From positions 21,093 to 82,131 of the forward strand of contig JAPYRI010000003.1 of the NCBI GenBank assembly GCA_029941135.1: a DNA stretch of 61,039 bases, written 5' to 3'. The notes beneath the pieces are model-generated. The model was given only the letters and a program-made list of their open reading frames with translations, did not search any database and was not told where the DNA came from. Below are positions 17,988 through 29,347 of this stretch, piece after piece. This DNA is from Alphaproteobacteria bacterium. GTDB taxonomy: Bacteria; Pseudomonadota; Alphaproteobacteria; JAPYRI01. A program made the translations under genes and the position numbers. Each line of letters starts with the position of its first letter. The first letter of the stretch is position 1.

Positions 17988-19181
17988 CTAGGGTGCGAGG
18001 GCGGCAACGCCGGGCAATTCCCGGCCCTCAAGCCACTCGAGGAATGCGCCTCCTGCGGTCGAGACAAAAGTAAAATCATCCGTTACTCCGGCCCGGTTAA
18101 GCGCCGCAACCGTGTCGCCGCCGCCGGCCACCGAAACCAACTGCCCGGTCTGGGTCATGCGTGCAACGGCTTGCGCAGCGGCAACCGTCCCCCGATCGAA
18201 CGGCTCAGTTTCGAAAGCGCCCAAAGGGCCATTCCACACTACCGTGCGGCATTCGGCGAAGCAGTGTTCAATTACGGTGACGGTATCCGGCCCCACATCC
18301 AGGATCATGGCGTTGTCAGGGACCTGGTCAACGGCAACTGTCATGCACGTCGCGCCTGCCTTAAATTTCTCTGCCACCACCACATCCCGCGGCAATAGCA
18401 ATTTGCATCCGGCGGCAGTGGCTTTGGTGACGATCGCGCGCGCGGTGTCCGCCAAGTCGCGCTCGCAGAGGGATTTTCCGACCTGTAATCCGTCGGCAAA
18501 CAGAAACGTGTTGGCCATGCCGCCGCCGATGATCAGGTGATCGACCCTCTCAACCAGACTGCCCAGAAGCGCGAGCTTTGACGACACCTTGGCGCCGCCA
18601 ACAACTGCCGCCACCGGCCGCTCAGGCGTTGTCAGCGCGGCTGCGAGAGCTGTCAGTTCGCGCTCCAAGGCGCGGCCTGCGTAGGCGGGGAGACTTCCGG
18701 CCAGTCCCGCACTCGATGCGTGAGCCCGGTGGGCGCACGAAAAGGCGTCGTTCACATAAGCATCGCCGAGGCGCGCCAGAGCTTCCACGAACGCCGGGTC
18801 GTTGCTCTCTTCGCCCGGGTGAAACCGAACGTTCTCGAGCAGCAATATGTCGCCGGGCTGAAGATCGGCAACCGTCTGTTCGACGTTGGTGCCGATGCAA
18901 TCACTGGCGAACCTAACCGGATGTCCCAAGGCTTCGGCAACAGTTTCAATCACTTGTGACAGCGAAAACTCAGTCTTGACTTGACCTTTAGGTCGCCCAA
19001 AGTGAGCCAGCAGAATGACCTTGGCGCCTTTGCTGACGAGTTCGCGCACGGTCGGACGCGCGGCTTCGATTCGCGTACGATCCGAAACTTGGCCATTTTC
19101 CATGGGTAAATTGAGGTCGACGCGGACCAGGACCCGAAGACCAAAAGGTTCCAAATCGTTGAGGATTTTGAAGGCCGTCAT
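17988..19181 (-). CDS. pgk: Phosphoglycerate kinase
   Basis: [63 protein letters not shown]. Confidence 0.98.
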   Translation of the reverse strand: MTAFKILNDLEPFGLRVLVRVDLNLPMENGQVSDRTRIEAARPTVRELVSKGAKVILLAHFGRPKGQVKTEFSLSQVIETVAEALGHPVRFASDCIGTNVEQTVADLQPGDILLLENVRFHPGEESNDPAFVEALARLGDAYVNDAFSCAHRAHASSAGLAGSLPAYAGRALERELTALAAALTTPERPVAAVVGGAKVSSKLALLGSLVERVDHLIIGGGMANTFLFADGLQVGKSLCERDLADTARAIVTKATAAGCKLLLPRDVVVAEKFKAGATCMTVAVDQVPDNAMILDVGPDTVTVIEHCFAECRTVVWNGPLGAFETEPFDRGTVAAAQAVARMTQTGQLVSVAGGGDTVAALNRAGVTDDFTFVSTAGGAFLEWLEGRELPGVAALAP

Positions 19182-19212
19182 AATATTCTAGAGACCGGTT
19201 AAGGTATTGAAA

Positions 19213-20220
19213 CTAGCAGACTTTCGCCATCCAAGCGGCCGTATCCAGCATCCGGTTTGAGAACCCCCATTCGTTGTCATACCAAGACAAAACGCGGACC
19301 AATTTGCCGCCGACCACCTGGGTTTGAGTGAGGTCGAAGTTGGAACTGGCTGGGTTGTGATTAAAGTCAATCGAAACAGCGGGATAGTCGGTGGCGGCGA
19401 GCACGCCTTTCATTTTCCCCTCGGCCGCTTTGACAATCGCCTTGTTAACATCTTCCACAGTTGTACGTTGCTTTGCGGTAAAGGTAAGGTCAATCATCGA
19501 TACATTTGGGGTTGGGACGCGTATCGCTGTCCCGTCCAACTTGCCGGCCAACTCCGGCAGCACCAAACCGACGGCGCGGGCGGCTCCGGTCGAGGTCGGG
19601 ATCATCGATAATCCGGCGGCGCGCGCCCGCCGTAAATCGGAGTGCAAGGTGTCTTGAACCGGCTGGTCACCGGTATAGGCGTGAACCGTGGTCATGAAGC
19701 CGTGGGTGATGCCGATGGCGTCATTCAGCACCTTGGCCACGGGTGCGAGGCAATTGGTGGTGCACGAAGCGTTCGACACCACCTTGTGGGATTTGCGCAG
19801 TTTTTTGTGGTTGACCCCATAAACGATGGTGAGGTCAGCGCCGCTCGTTGGCGCCGACACCAGGACTTTTTTAGCGCCGGCTTCCAGATGTTTGGCAGCG
19901 GCGTCCCGGCTGGTGAAAAGGCCCGTACATTCAAGCGCAATATCGACACCAAGTTTGGCCCAGGGCAATTTTGTCGGATCGCGTTCGGCGATGACCTTGA
20001 TGTTTCCACGCCCAATATTGAGTCCAGTTTTGGTGACTTTCACTTTGCCCGGAAAAGGACCGTGAATCGAATCGTAGCGCAATAAATGCGCGTTGGTTTC
20101 GACCGAACCCAAGTCGTTAATGGCGACCACCTGGATATCTTTACGGCCTTGCTCGTGTAATGCCCGCAAGACGATGCGGCCAATACGGCCAAAGCCATTG
20201 ATTGCGACCTTGAGTACCAT
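19213..20220 (-). CDS. gap: Type I glyceraldehyde-3-phosphate dehydrogenase
   Basis: [39 protein letters not shown]; ATG at 20220. Confidence 0.97.
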   Translation of the reverse strand: MVLKVAINGFGRIGRIVLRALHEQGRKDIQVVAINDLGSVETNAHLLRYDSIHGPFPGKVKVTKTGLNIGRGNIKVIAERDPTKLPWAKLGVDIALECTGLFTSRDAAAKHLEAGAKKVLVSAPTSGADLTIVYGVNHKKLRKSHKVVSNASCTTNCLAPVAKVLNDAIGITHGFMTTVHAYTGDQPVQDTLHSDLRRARAAGLSMIPTSTGAARAVGLVLPELAGKLDGTAIRVPTPNVSMIDLTFTAKQRTTVEDVNKAIVKAAEGKMKGVLAATDYPAVSIDFNHNPASSNFDLTQTQVVGGKLVRVLSWYDNEWGFSNRMLDTAAWMAKVC

Positions 20221-20287
20221 TTGAAGATTTCCTTTATATAAGTTCGGGCTTTTGGTTAGCATCAGCGAGATTCTGCCGGCCGGGTGT

Positions 20288-22336
20288 TTATCCGATTTTC
20301 GTCCGCGCTGCTTGGGCGACTGCATCAGCGGTGATGCCGAAATGTTCATAGAGTTTATAAGCCGGTGCCGAGGCGCCAAAGCCGGTCATGCCGACAATCG
20401 CGCCTTCAGCACCCACGTAACGTTCCCAGCCAAAGGTCGACGCGGCCTCGACCGCGACCCGAACTGTCGAAAGTCCCAGGGTTTCGGCCCGGTAGGCTTC
20501 GTTTTGCTGATCGAAAAGTTCCCAGCAAGGAAGCGAAACGACTCGCGTCCATATGCCATCCGCTTCCAAAAGGTCGCGGGCAGCGAGCGCTATCGACACT
20601 TCGGAGCCGGTGGCAATCAATGTCACCTGCGCAGTGCCGCTGGCCGCCTGCAACTCGTAGCCACCGCGGGCGCAGAGGTTTTCGTCCATGTGTTGAGTGC
20701 GCACAGCGGGCAGGCCCTGGCGGGTCAACGACAGTACCGACGGGGCCTCCGAAGACTGCACCGCCAGCGCCCAACACTCTAGGGTTTCAACAGCGTCCGC
20801 CGGCCGGAAGACATTGACATTCGGCATTGCCCGCAGTGACGCCAGATGCTCCACCGGCTGATGGGTGGGTCCATCTTCTCCCAAGCCGATGGAATCGTGA
20901 GTCATGACGAATATAACGCGTTGCTCCATCAACGCGGCCATCCGGATCGACGGACGGCAATAGTCTGTAAAGACAAGGAACGTGCCGCTGTAGGGGATGA
21001 TCCCGCCATGCAGGGCCATGCCGTTCATCACCGCCGCCATGCCATGCTCGCGCACGCCGTAATGCAGGTATCTGCCGCTGAAATCCGCGGCGTTTATTGC
21101 TGTCATTTCAGCGGTTTTAGTGAGCACCGAGCCACTGAGATCGGCCGATCCGCCGGTCATTTCAGGTACCAATGGATTGATCATTTCCAGCGCCATCTGC
21201 GACGCCTTGCGGGTGGCGACTCTGGGCTTCTCGTCGGCTAATTGTTTTTTGTAAGCGATCACCGCTGCGCTGAATTCCGCCGGTAATTGGCCAGCGACCG
21301 CGTGCTCGAATGCGGTTGCTACCTCGGTGCTGGTTGCCGCCACGCGTGCGCGCCATTGGGCTTCGGCAGGCGCGCCGCGTTCACCGGCCGTCCGCCAGGC
21401 CGCGAGCACATCCTCCGGCACAATGAAAGGCGCATGCGGCCAGTCCAGCTCTATCCGCGCCGCCGCGACTTCATCATCCCCTAAGGGGGCACCGTGAGTG
21501 CTGGCAGTGCCTTGCTTGTTTGGCGCCCCATAACCGATGGTCGTTCGGCAAGCGATTAACGAGGGGAGGTCGCTTTGTTGCGCGGCTGATATCGCCTCGG
21601 CGACCTCATCCGGATCATGGCCATCCACCGCCGACACGTCCCAACCGTAGCTCGCAAACCGGGCCAAATTGTCATCTGATACGGCGAGGTCGGTCGCCCC
21701 GTCGATACAGATACGATTATCATCGAACAAAACGATGAGTTTGCTCAATTTCAAATGACCGGCAATAGACGCGGCTTCGTGGCTGATGCCTTCCATCAAA
21801 TCGCCGTCGCCGGCAACGGTATAGGTGTAATGATCCACCAGCTCAGGTCCGAAACGGGCAGCTTGGATGCGTTCAGCCAGCGCCATGCCGACGGCATTAC
21901 CAAAACCCTGGCCCAAGGGGCCCGTGGTGGTTTCGATCCCAGGGGCAACACCGTATTCAGGATGACCCGCACATTTGCTGCCGAGCTGGCGGAAATTGCG
22001 AATGTCATCGAGTGTGATGCCTGGGTAGCCCGTCAAGTACAGTAATGAATAAAGCAGCATCGAGCCGTGACCCGCCGACAGGATGAACCGGTCCCGGTTA
22101 GGCCAATTCGGCCACGCTGCACTGTATTTTAGAAATCGGGTGAACAGTACCGTTGCCACATCCGCCATGCCCATGGGCATGCCCGGGTGGCCGGAATTTG
22201 CCGCTTGCACGGCATCCATGGACAGCGCCCGTATGGCATTCGCCATGACCACAGGCGAAACTTCCTTTGCGGATGGCCTGTCAATGGGTGCGGGATCGGT
22301 TGTTGTAGCGGCGGTTTGCGGGTCCGGTGACGTCAT
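20288..22336 (-). CDS. tkt: Transketolase
   Basis: [53 protein letters not shown]. Confidence 0.98.
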   Translation of the reverse strand: MTSPDPQTAATTTDPAPIDRPSAKEVSPVVMANAIRALSMDAVQAANSGHPGMPMGMADVATVLFTRFLKYSAAWPNWPNRDRFILSAGHGSMLLYSLLYLTGYPGITLDDIRNFRQLGSKCAGHPEYGVAPGIETTTGPLGQGFGNAVGMALAERIQAARFGPELVDHYTYTVAGDGDLMEGISHEAASIAGHLKLSKLIVLFDDNRICIDGATDLAVSDDNLARFASYGWDVSAVDGHDPDEVAEAISAAQQSDLPSLIACRTTIGYGAPNKQGTASTHGAPLGDDEVAAARIELDWPHAPFIVPEDVLAAWRTAGERGAPAEAQWRARVAATSTEVATAFEHAVAGQLPAEFSAAVIAYKKQLADEKPRVATRKASQMALEMINPLVPEMTGGSADLSGSVLTKTAEMTAINAADFSGRYLHYGVREHGMAAVMNGMALHGGIIPYSGTFLVFTDYCRPSIRMAALMEQRVIFVMTHDSIGLGEDGPTHQPVEHLASLRAMPNVNVFRPADAVETLECWALAVQSSEAPSVLSLTRQGLPAVRTQHMDENLCARGGYELQAASGTAQVTLIATGSEVSIALAARDLLEADGIWTRVVSLPCWELFDQQNEAYRAETLGLSTVRVAVEAASTFGWERYVGAEGAIVGMTGFGASAPAYKLYEHFGITADAVAQAARTKIG

Positions 22337-22641
22337 TCACGGCTCTTTCAAACTTGTGCGCCCGGCCAGCGAGCGGGTTCAGATTGGCGATATGTCGTGA
22401 GATTACCCGATAGGAAAATGCCGTCCACTTGGTCACCAATTTATCGTCGCGGGACCAAATTTCACCGGCTTCAATATCCCGTAATTGCAATTTGTTTTGA
22501 AGACCGTTTTGTCCCCCCGGCCACGCGCTAATCGCGGCGAACAATGCAATGGTGGACGGAACACGTCAACCGCATTCTTGAGTGTTCCGCCGGGTTTAAT
22601 CCGGTGAACATGCGACAAGACTAAAACCGCCAGTTGTCCGG

Positions 22642-22671
22642 TTGACGGCCAAAGTAGGCGACGCCTATGAT
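22642..22671 (+). promoter_or_regulatory. Candidate sigma70 promoter for the zapA-ssrS region
   Basis: TTGACG (22642-22647), 18-nt spacer, TATGAT (22666-22671). Confidence 0.45.
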
Positions 22672-22737
22672 CCGTTATGAAGGTGGTTTCACGAACAGCA
22701 CTGCCCGCCCAATACCTATCAAGGAAACCTGCCCCCC

Positions 22738-23025
22738 ATGGCACATATGGAAAAAGCTGGAAAAAGGTTCGACGAAGCGCTGACACGACTCGAAAGCGCG
22801 CTCACCAAGTGGTCCGATTCGGGCAGCCAAAGCGCAGATGAATGGGGCGGAGAGCGCAAACAAATGCAGGCCCAGTTAGGCGCCATAAAGGAAGATTACA
22901 AGCGCGTAAGCGCCGAATGTGTGGTTCTGCGTGAGCGCAATGAAAAATTGGGGAAACTCTCCGTCACGGTGTCCAGCCAACTGGATGCGACGATCGGTGA
23001 GCTGGCTGAACTGCTTGAAGCCTGA
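22738..23025 (+). CDS. Small coiled-coil protein upstream of zapA (DUF4164/ZauP-like)
   Basis: Heptad-rich, ends SSQLDATIGELAELLE; this position upstream of zapA is conserved in alphaproteobacteria. Confidence 0.7.
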   Translation: MAHMEKAGKRFDEALTRLESALTKWSDSGSQSADEWGGERKQMQAQLGAIKEDYKRVSAECVVLRERNEKLGKLSVTVSSQLDATIGELAELLEA

Positions 23026-23039
23026 AGGGGGTTTACGAT

Positions 23040-23378
23040 ATGTCGCAACTTGGCATCACCATAAATGGTCGGAATTTCCAGATCGCCTGCGATGACGGCG
23101 AAGAGGAACATCTCACCTACCTGTCCGAGTATGTGAACAAGCATGTTACGGACCTCGCAGAATCGATTGGCAACATTGGCGACACTCGTTTATTGCTGAT
23201 GGCGGCTCTCGTCATCGCCGACGAATTGGCGGATAGTTTGAGCCGATCTGAATCATTGGAAAGTGAGGTTGACGCTCTTAAAAATAGCGGAAATGGCGAC
23301 GGCCCGTCCTCTGCCGGAATATTAGAAGCAGCGGCGATTCGCCTGGAGGGTATTGCCGCCCGTTTCGAGACGTCTTAA
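23040..23378 (+). CDS. zapA: Cell division protein ZapA
   Basis: ITINGRNFQIACDDGEEEHL, IGDTRLLLMAALVIADEL. Confidence 0.93.
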   Translation: MSQLGITINGRNFQIACDDGEEEHLTYLSEYVNKHVTDLAESIGNIGDTRLLLMAALVIADELADSLSRSESLESEVDALKNSGNGDGPSSAGILEAAAIRLEGIAARFETS

Positions 23379-23385
23379 ATATGAG

Positions 23386-23555
23386 GGGAACGGGTGCTGC
23401 CGGGTACGTTAGTTCGCATACGTCCCTGGGGCCAATACCGACCTCTAGGGAGCTGTCCCTGACCGGAGCCGTGGTTCCGGATATATGGCGCCCACCTGCT
23501 AAGTGCAGGCCGCAGAGGATCACATGTGGCGACGGCCACGGTGGCCCCGTTCACC
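23386..23555 (+). ncRNA. ssrS: 6S RNA
   Basis: Canonical zapA-ssrS-ygfA position; closing stem GAACGGG/CCCGTTC and GCTGCCG/CGGTGGC; internal CCCTGGGGCC, AGGGAGCTGTCCCTG and CCCACCTG elements typical of alphaproteobacterial 6S. Confidence 0.88.
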
Positions 23556-23666
23556 AAATTTGCGCCAGGCGTTTGATGCGTACTCACCATTTATCGAAAA
23601 ACCAACCTGAACGTGAACCGCCCGGCCCCAAAACCGATTGGTTAATGGGCATGAGGTTGCGCGCGA

Positions 23667-24269
23667 ATGAAAGAACCAATCTCAGTGGATGATGCCGAGA
23701 ATAAAAAAAGGCTGAGGGCAAGTGCCGCTGGGCGTCGACGGCGAGCGCAATCCGAGGCCGGGCCGGAGGCGGCCATTCTATTGGCGGATCAATTTTTGCG
23801 AAAAGTCCCTCGGGCGCCGGAAGCAATTATTGCCGGATACTGGCCAATTGGTACCGAGATAGATGTTCGCCCATTATTGCGACGCCTGATAGCGGCTGAT
23901 CACCGGGTTGTTCTGCCGGTTGTGTCAGTCCTAGGTCAGCCTCTTAAATTTCACGAGTGGACTCCCGAAACGTTAATGCGGTCCAGCGCCCACGGTATCG
24001 ATGTCCCCCCGGATGACACGCCCGAGCTGGCGCCAAACTTGGTGATAACGCCTTCACTTGCCTTTGATCCTGAAGGCTGGCGGTTGGGCTACGGTGGGGG
24101 CTTCTATGACCGCACTCTCCGGCGTTTGCGGGGCTTGGGGGATATCTTGGCCATTGGCGTCGGCTATGCGGCTCAGCAGGTGGACAAGGTCGCCCATAAT
24201 GACTTGGATGAGCAATTGGATTGGGTGATCACGGAAGAATTTGCAACCGAGATCAAACGTTTAGGGTGA
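23667..24269 (+). CDS. ygfA: 5-formyltetrahydrofolate cyclo-ligase
   Basis: AGYWPIGTEID, PSLAFD.EG.RLGYGGGFYDRT, DEQLDWVITE. Confidence 0.93.
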   Translation: MKEPISVDDAENKKRLRASAAGRRRRAQSEAGPEAAILLADQFLRKVPRAPEAIIAGYWPIGTEIDVRPLLRRLIAADHRVVLPVVSVLGQPLKFHEWTPETLMRSSAHGIDVPPDDTPELAPNLVITPSLAFDPEGWRLGYGGGFYDRTLRRLRGLGDILAIGVGYAAQQVDKVAHNDLDEQLDWVITEEFATEIKRLG

Positions 24270-24293
24270 GAAATACTTTCGAGGGGTGCCAAA

Positions 24294-25118
24294 GTGAGAC
24301 TTTTGTTTTTGGGTGATGTCGTTGGCAGAACCGGCCGCATGGCGGTATGTGATCAATTGCCGGAATTGCGCGACAAGCTTGCTGCCGATTTTGTCATCGT
24401 CAACGGTGAAAACTCCGCCGCGGGATTTGGCATCACCGAGAAAATTTGTCATTCACTATACGAAGCCGGGACCGATGTTATTACCACCGGCAATCACGTT
24501 TGGGATCAACGTGACATTCTCGACACCATCGATGGTGATGAGCGCCTATTACGGCCCCACAATTTTCCGAAGGACGTGCCGGGAACCGGCATAGGGATCT
24601 ACCACGCCAAAAACGGTGCCCGGGTGATGGTCATGAACCTCATGGGTCGAATCTTCATGAACCCGCTCGATGACCCCTTTGCCAGCGTCGAGGCGGCGCT
24701 GCAGGAACACCGATTGGGCGAAACAGCTGATGTGGTCGTGATCGATTTTCACGGTGAAGCAAGCAGCGAAAAAAATGCGATGGGATGTTACGCCGATGGG
24801 CGCGCGTCCCTGGTGATCGGGACGCACAGCCACGTGCCGACAAGTGATCATCGGGTATTGCCTGGCGGCACTGCCTATCAGACCGATGCCGGTATGTGCG
24901 GAGACTATGATTCGATCATCGGGATGGAAAAAGAAGAACCGCTCCACCGGTTTACCCGGGGGTTGCCGAAAGGCCGCTTCGCCGCTGCTTCCGGAGTATC
25001 GACTCTCTGCGGGGTATTGGTTGAAATTGATGATGTTACCGGACTTGCTAAAGCGATTGATCCGATCCGTGTGGGCGGGCATTTAGCCCCGACTCTCCCT
25101 GGGAGTAAGAAGCAGTAA
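24294..25118 (+). CDS. TIGR00282/YmdB-like metallophosphoesterase
   Basis: LFLGDVVG, VNGENSAAGFG, TTGNHVWD, DFHGEASSEK, GTHSHVPT, TDAGMCG. Confidence 0.95.
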   Translation: MRLLFLGDVVGRTGRMAVCDQLPELRDKLAADFVIVNGENSAAGFGITEKICHSLYEAGTDVITTGNHVWDQRDILDTIDGDERLLRPHNFPKDVPGTGIGIYHAKNGARVMVMNLMGRIFMNPLDDPFASVEAALQEHRLGETADVVVIDFHGEASSEKNAMGCYADGRASLVIGTHSHVPTSDHRVLPGGTAYQTDAGMCGDYDSIIGMEKEEPLHRFTRGLPKGRFAAASGVSTLCGVLVEIDDVTGLAKAIDPIRVGGHLAPTLPGSKKQ

Positions 25119-25170
25119 ACCGAGGACAGCATACTATTTATTTAAATAAATAGTATGCTGTCCTCGGTTT
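25117..25170. repeat. Perfect 54-bp palindrome with no spacer
   Basis: AAACCGAGGACAGCATACTATTTATTT (25117-25143) followed directly by its exact reverse complement (25144-25170). Confidence 0.95.
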
Positions 25171-25192
25171 TATTCCGTTTTTGCAAGCAGGC

Positions 25193-25221
25193 AAAAAAAG
25201 GCCCCCGCCTTGGGGGGGGCC
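25193..25221 (-). terminator. Intrinsic terminator of the chemoreceptor gene
   Basis: GGCCCCC (25200-25206) / GGGGGCC (25215-25221) stem preceded on + by A7, which is a U-tract on the minus strand. Confidence 0.7.
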
Positions 25222-25266
25222 GTTCACTGTTAGTGCCTTCAATAACGACCGCACTATTTAGGGAGA

Positions 25267-26893
25267 CTACATTTTCTTAATTTCCTCAAGGAACGAGTCG
25301 ACCTCTGTGCCCAAGATTTCCGATTGCTTTGACAATTCCTCGGCCGCGCTCAAAACCTCGCTCGCGCCCTGGCCGACGTCATTCGCCGCCTTGGACACCG
25401 ACTGGATGGTCTGGTACACTTCCTGTGTGCCTTTCGAAGCTTCCTGCACGTTGCGGCTAATCTCATTGGTCGCCGCGCCTTGCTCTTCGACCGCTGCCGC
25501 GATGGTGCCGGCAATCTCGTTCACTTCATTAATGGTTTTGCTGGTGCCTTGAATGGCGTCAACCGCACCCGAGGTCGCCTGCTGAATACCATTAATTTGC
25601 TGGCTGATGTCTTCGCTGGCTTTAGCCGTCTAGTTGGCCAGGTTTTTAACTTCCGAAGCCACAACCGCAAAGCCCTTACCGGCTTCACCTGCCCGCGCCA
25701 CTTCAATGGTCGCATTCAGCGCCAGCAAGTTAGTCTGACTGGCAATGTTGTTGATCAGATTGACCACTTCACCGATTTTAGTCGATGCATCCGCCAAGCC
25801 TTGAACGGTTTCGTGGGTGCTCTCGGCTTGCTTGACCGCGTCTCGAGCGATTTCGGATTATTGGGCGACCTGGCGGGGAATCTCGGCGATGGAACTACTC
25901 AATTCCTCGAAAGCGGAGGCCACGGTCTCCACATTGGAGGTCGCTTTTTCCGCCGCCGCGGCGATCGAACTTGACTGGCGAATGCTCTCTATCAGAGCTT
26001 GCCGACATGGATTCCGCAGTTGAGCGCATTTGCGTCGCTGCCGATGCAACCAAGTCTACAACCCCCTTCACATTGGTTTCGAAGTCTTCGATCACTTTGA
26101 CGTGTTTGGTGACCACGTCCCATGTGACCATCGGGCCAATGTAATGGTTGTCTTTGTTCATCACTGCGGATACCCGAAGGTCGAGGATTTCCGGGCCAGG
26201 GGCGATTTTGGCGGAATGGGGCAAATTTCTCGGATCGGCCATCAAGCAGCGTTGCACGGACGGAATCTTATGGAACACATCAATGCACACACCAATCATG
26301 TTTTGCGGATCAACGCCCGAGGGCAGCAGATGCTTCACTGTTTCCAAGGTATCGATGCTGGTCTGGTTGATGTAGTTCATCTCAAACGTGTCAGGGTCGC
26401 ACATCATGACGTTGATCGGCATTTTATCGACCATATTGATCAAGCGTTCGACCGCTGCATCGCGCTTCACGGCATCGGTTGCCGCTGACCACACCAAACA
26501 CGGCGCTACATATTTGCCATTTTTGTCGTAGATGGCGGTCACCAGCAGATCGAGGGTTTCGTGACCCAGTTTGATCAATGCCTTGTGGGGCAGATTTGCC
26601 GGATTGGCTAGTAACTGGCGCTGATGGGCTGGATTTTTGTGGAAAATGTCGATGCAGGCGCCTAATAAATCATCGGCCTTTACCGGCAACAGATGCTCCA
26701 ACGGGCGCAAAGTTTCGATGCTCGTCTTATTCACATAAGTGATGTCCAAAGTCTCGGAATCAGCAACCATGACATTGACCGGCATGGAGTCCATCATGGA
26801 TTGAAATTTTTAGAGTTCGGTGGCCGCGTCTCCGGTTTCGTTTAGGGATACGACACTGTCCGTCAATTTGTTGTCTTTACGAAAGTTCAGCAT
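25267..26893 (-). pseudogene. Soluble methyl-accepting chemotaxis protein with two Aer2-like PAS domains, pseudogene
   Basis: PAS motifs CIDIFHKNPAHQR and CIDVFHKIPSVQR; MCP hairpin [33 protein letters not shown]; in-frame stops at 26812-26810 (TAA), 25860-25858 (TAA) and 25632-25630 (TAG), plus a frameshift at about 25985-25992. Confidence 0.92.
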
Positions 26894-27096
26894 TTATTTC
26901 GTCTCCTGTGCGTCTTATTGGTCAGCTTCAGCTGGCCCTGTTGTTGACAAAAGTCTGGTACCCGCCGCCCATCGTTTTGGGACATAAATCCCCTACAATC
27001 GGGTTGGACGATCACTTAAATCTGCGGCATCGATAAGCTGAGAATCATTCCGCTACCGGAACTCTGTACATGGCGATAGTTAGTACGCCGCAACAC

Positions 27097-27111
27097 TTAA
27101 TTCAGAGTTGA
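27097..27111. promoter_or_regulatory. Near-consensus CtrA site (TTAA-N7-TTGA) upstream of the chemoreceptor pseudogene; TTAACCAT half-site at 27147-27154
   Basis: Read directly; one mismatch to TTAA-N7-TTAA; CtrA commonly controls chemotaxis genes in alphaproteobacteria. The region is AT-rich, so chance is possible. Confidence 0.3.
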
Positions 27112-27419
27112 ATAAAACAATCAGAGGAGGTGTAATCGAAAATAATTTAACCATAAAAACATAGGGTTGTTGCAAATGTTAGAAAAATATCGATCTGAAT
27201 AAAATTTAGTCAATGCAATCAATAATGATCTGGAAAAATGCCAAAAATGGTTACGTAAAAAGTGCATAATAATCTTAATAAGTGGGGTCGAAATTTGCCA
27301 ATTTTGATTGTCTGCGGTTTAGGTCTGCCATCCGTCTCCTGACTTGGTATATAATCGAGAACGGCGATCAGATTTTGTTGAGTTAGACGGGCGTACCAAG
27401 GGCTCGCCGCGGAGGAAGA

Positions 27420-28166
27420 ATGGCCGGCCATTCCCAATATTCAAACATTGTCCATCGCAAAAATGCGCAGGACAAAAAGCGTGCGAAGATTTTCAGTAAG
27501 CTAGCGCGGGAAATTACCGTGGCCGCGCGCACCAGCCCGGACCCAAGTATGAACCCGGCCTTGCGGAGCGCGATCCAAGCGGCGCGCGCACAAAATATGC
27601 CTAAGGACCGAATCGAGCGCGCAATCTCCAGTGCGGCCGGCAAGGACAGCACCAATTACGAAGAAAGGAGATACGAAGGTTTTGGGCCGGGCGGTATCGC
27701 GCTGATTGTTGAAGCTCTCACAGACAACCGCAATCGCACCGCGTCCGAAGTGCGTTCAGCGTTTCAGAAACACGGCGGTACTTTGGGGGAAAGCGGTAGC
27801 GTCGCCTATATGTTCGAACGCATTGGCTTAGTACGCTACTCTGCTAACGCCGCCTCGGCTGACGGTATGCTGGAAGCGGCGATTGAAGCCGGGGCGGATG
27901 ACTGCAGTTCGGACGATGAGGGCCATGAAATCGTTTGTGCGCCGGATGACTTGAATGCAGTGGGCGACGCGCTCGAAAAAATTCTCTCAGCCGCCGCAAG
28001 CACAGCGCGGCTGGAATGGCGGCCAACCAACACGATTGCGATTGGCGAAGATCACGCGGGTACTCTGTTCAAGCTGCTGGATGTACTTGATGATAATGAC
28101 GATGTTCAGCGGGTGTTCGCCAATTTTGAAGTTGACGAGGCGGTGCTGGAAAAATTGGGTGCTTAA
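27420..28166 (+). CDS. yebC: YebC/PmpR family protein
   Basis: MAGHSQYSNIVHRKNAQD, YEGFGPGG, LTDNRNRT, DNDDVQRVFAN. Confidence 0.97.
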   Translation: MAGHSQYSNIVHRKNAQDKKRAKIFSKLAREITVAARTSPDPSMNPALRSAIQAARAQNMPKDRIERAISSAAGKDSTNYEERRYEGFGPGGIALIVEALTDNRNRTASEVRSAFQKHGGTLGESGSVAYMFERIGLVRYSANAASADGMLEAAIEAGADDCSSDDEGHEIVCAPDDLNAVGDALEKILSAAASTARLEWRPTNTIAIGEDHAGTLFKLLDVLDDNDDVQRVFANFEVDEAVLEKLGA

Positions 28167-28223
28167 TTGGCAGGCGACGACAGTCGGGTAGCAAGTAGGT
28201 GAGAGAGTGAGGACAGGCAAACA

Positions 28224-28751
28224 ATGAGGCTGATCGGCCTTGATCCTGGATTGCGGGCGACCGGTTGGGGTGTGGTGGATGCTGTACCCGGCCGCTTGGT
28301 TCATGTCGCCAATGGTGTTCTGAAAATTTCGCCGAAGGCGCCCCTGTCCGAGCGGTTAAATCAAATTTACCAAGGACTAATTGAGATCATTGACACTTGG
28401 CAACCCGATGCGGCGGCGGTTGAAGAAACCTTCGTCAATCAAAACCCCGCCTCCACATTGAAACTCGGGCAAGCCCGGGGCGCAGTGCTGGTGGCCGCTG
28501 CCGGCGCCGGTTTGGCAGTAGCTGAATATGCGCCCAACCGGATCAAAAAATCAGTCGTTGGCGTAGGTCATGCGTCAAAAACGCAAATTAGGGACATGGT
28601 CGGCAGGCTGCTCCCCGGATGCGAAGTGGCGGGTGAGGATGCGGCTGATGCCCTAGCCGTCGCCATTTGCCATGCCCATTACATGGAAACCACCGACCGC
28701 TGGTCGGGCCGTGAAAATCCCGCCGCTGTGCAGGGAGGGGGCCGCCGATGA
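28224..28751 (+). CDS. ruvC: Holliday junction resolvase
   Basis: IGLDPGL..TGWG, VEETFVNQN, LKLGQARG, DAADALAVAICH. Confidence 0.97.
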   Translation: MRLIGLDPGLRATGWGVVDAVPGRLVHVANGVLKISPKAPLSERLNQIYQGLIEIIDTWQPDAAAVEETFVNQNPASTLKLGQARGAVLVAAAGAGLAVAEYAPNRIKKSVVGVGHASKTQIRDMVGRLLPGCEVAGEDAADALAVAICHAHYMETTDRWSGRENPAAVQGGGRR

Positions 28752-29347
28752 TCGCCAAACTCACGGGTCGCCTCGATTCAACCGGTGGCGGCGAAGCTGT
28801 CGTCGATGTGGGCGGAGTTGGCTACCTCCTTTTCTGCTCGGCCAGAACATTGACCCAACTTGGCACGGTCGGAGAAGTCGTGACCCTGTTGACTGAAACT
28901 CACGTCCGCGAGGACCACATTCACTTGTACGGTTTTGCCACCGATATCGAACGCGATTGGTTCCGTTTGCTGCAAAGTGTTCAGGGCGTTGGCGCCCGCA
29001 TGGCGCTGGGCGTGCTGTCGGTTTTGGTGCCCGATGAATTGGCAGTTGCCATTGGCGCCCAAGATAAAGCTTCCGTCCAGCGGGTGAGTGGCATTGGCGC
29101 CAAATTGGCAACCCGCATTGTGACCGAGTTGGCGGACAAAGTTCCCGCACTGGGCTCAGGCCAAATTATTCAAGGCGATTTCGGCGACGACAGCGGTCCT
29201 CTCTCCGATGCGGTTTCCGCCCTGGTTAACCTGGGGTACCGGCCAGCCGAGGCATCGACGGCGGTATCGGTTGCCGCCCGCGACCTCGGCAGCGACGGCG
29301 GTGTCGGCGATTTGATTCGTCTGGGATTAAAGGAATTGGCACGCTGA
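28748..29347 (+). CDS. ruvA: Holliday junction DNA-binding subunit
   Basis: [46 protein letters not shown]. Confidence 0.97.
   Translation: MIAKLTGRLDSTGGGEAVVDVGGVGYLLFCSARTLTQLGTVGEVVTLLTETHVREDHIHLYGFATDIERDWFRLLQSVQGVGARMALGVLSVLVPDELAVAIGAQDKASVQRVSGIGAKLATRIVTELADKVPALGSGQIIQGDFGDDSGPLSDAVSALVNLGYRPAEASTAVSVAARDLGSDGGVGDLIRLGLKELAR

Noticed and set aside
22337-22737. 400-bp gap between tkt and the zapA operon as an ncRNA
   Set aside because: Divergent promoter region with a plausible sigma70 site; no terminator or strong structure seen.
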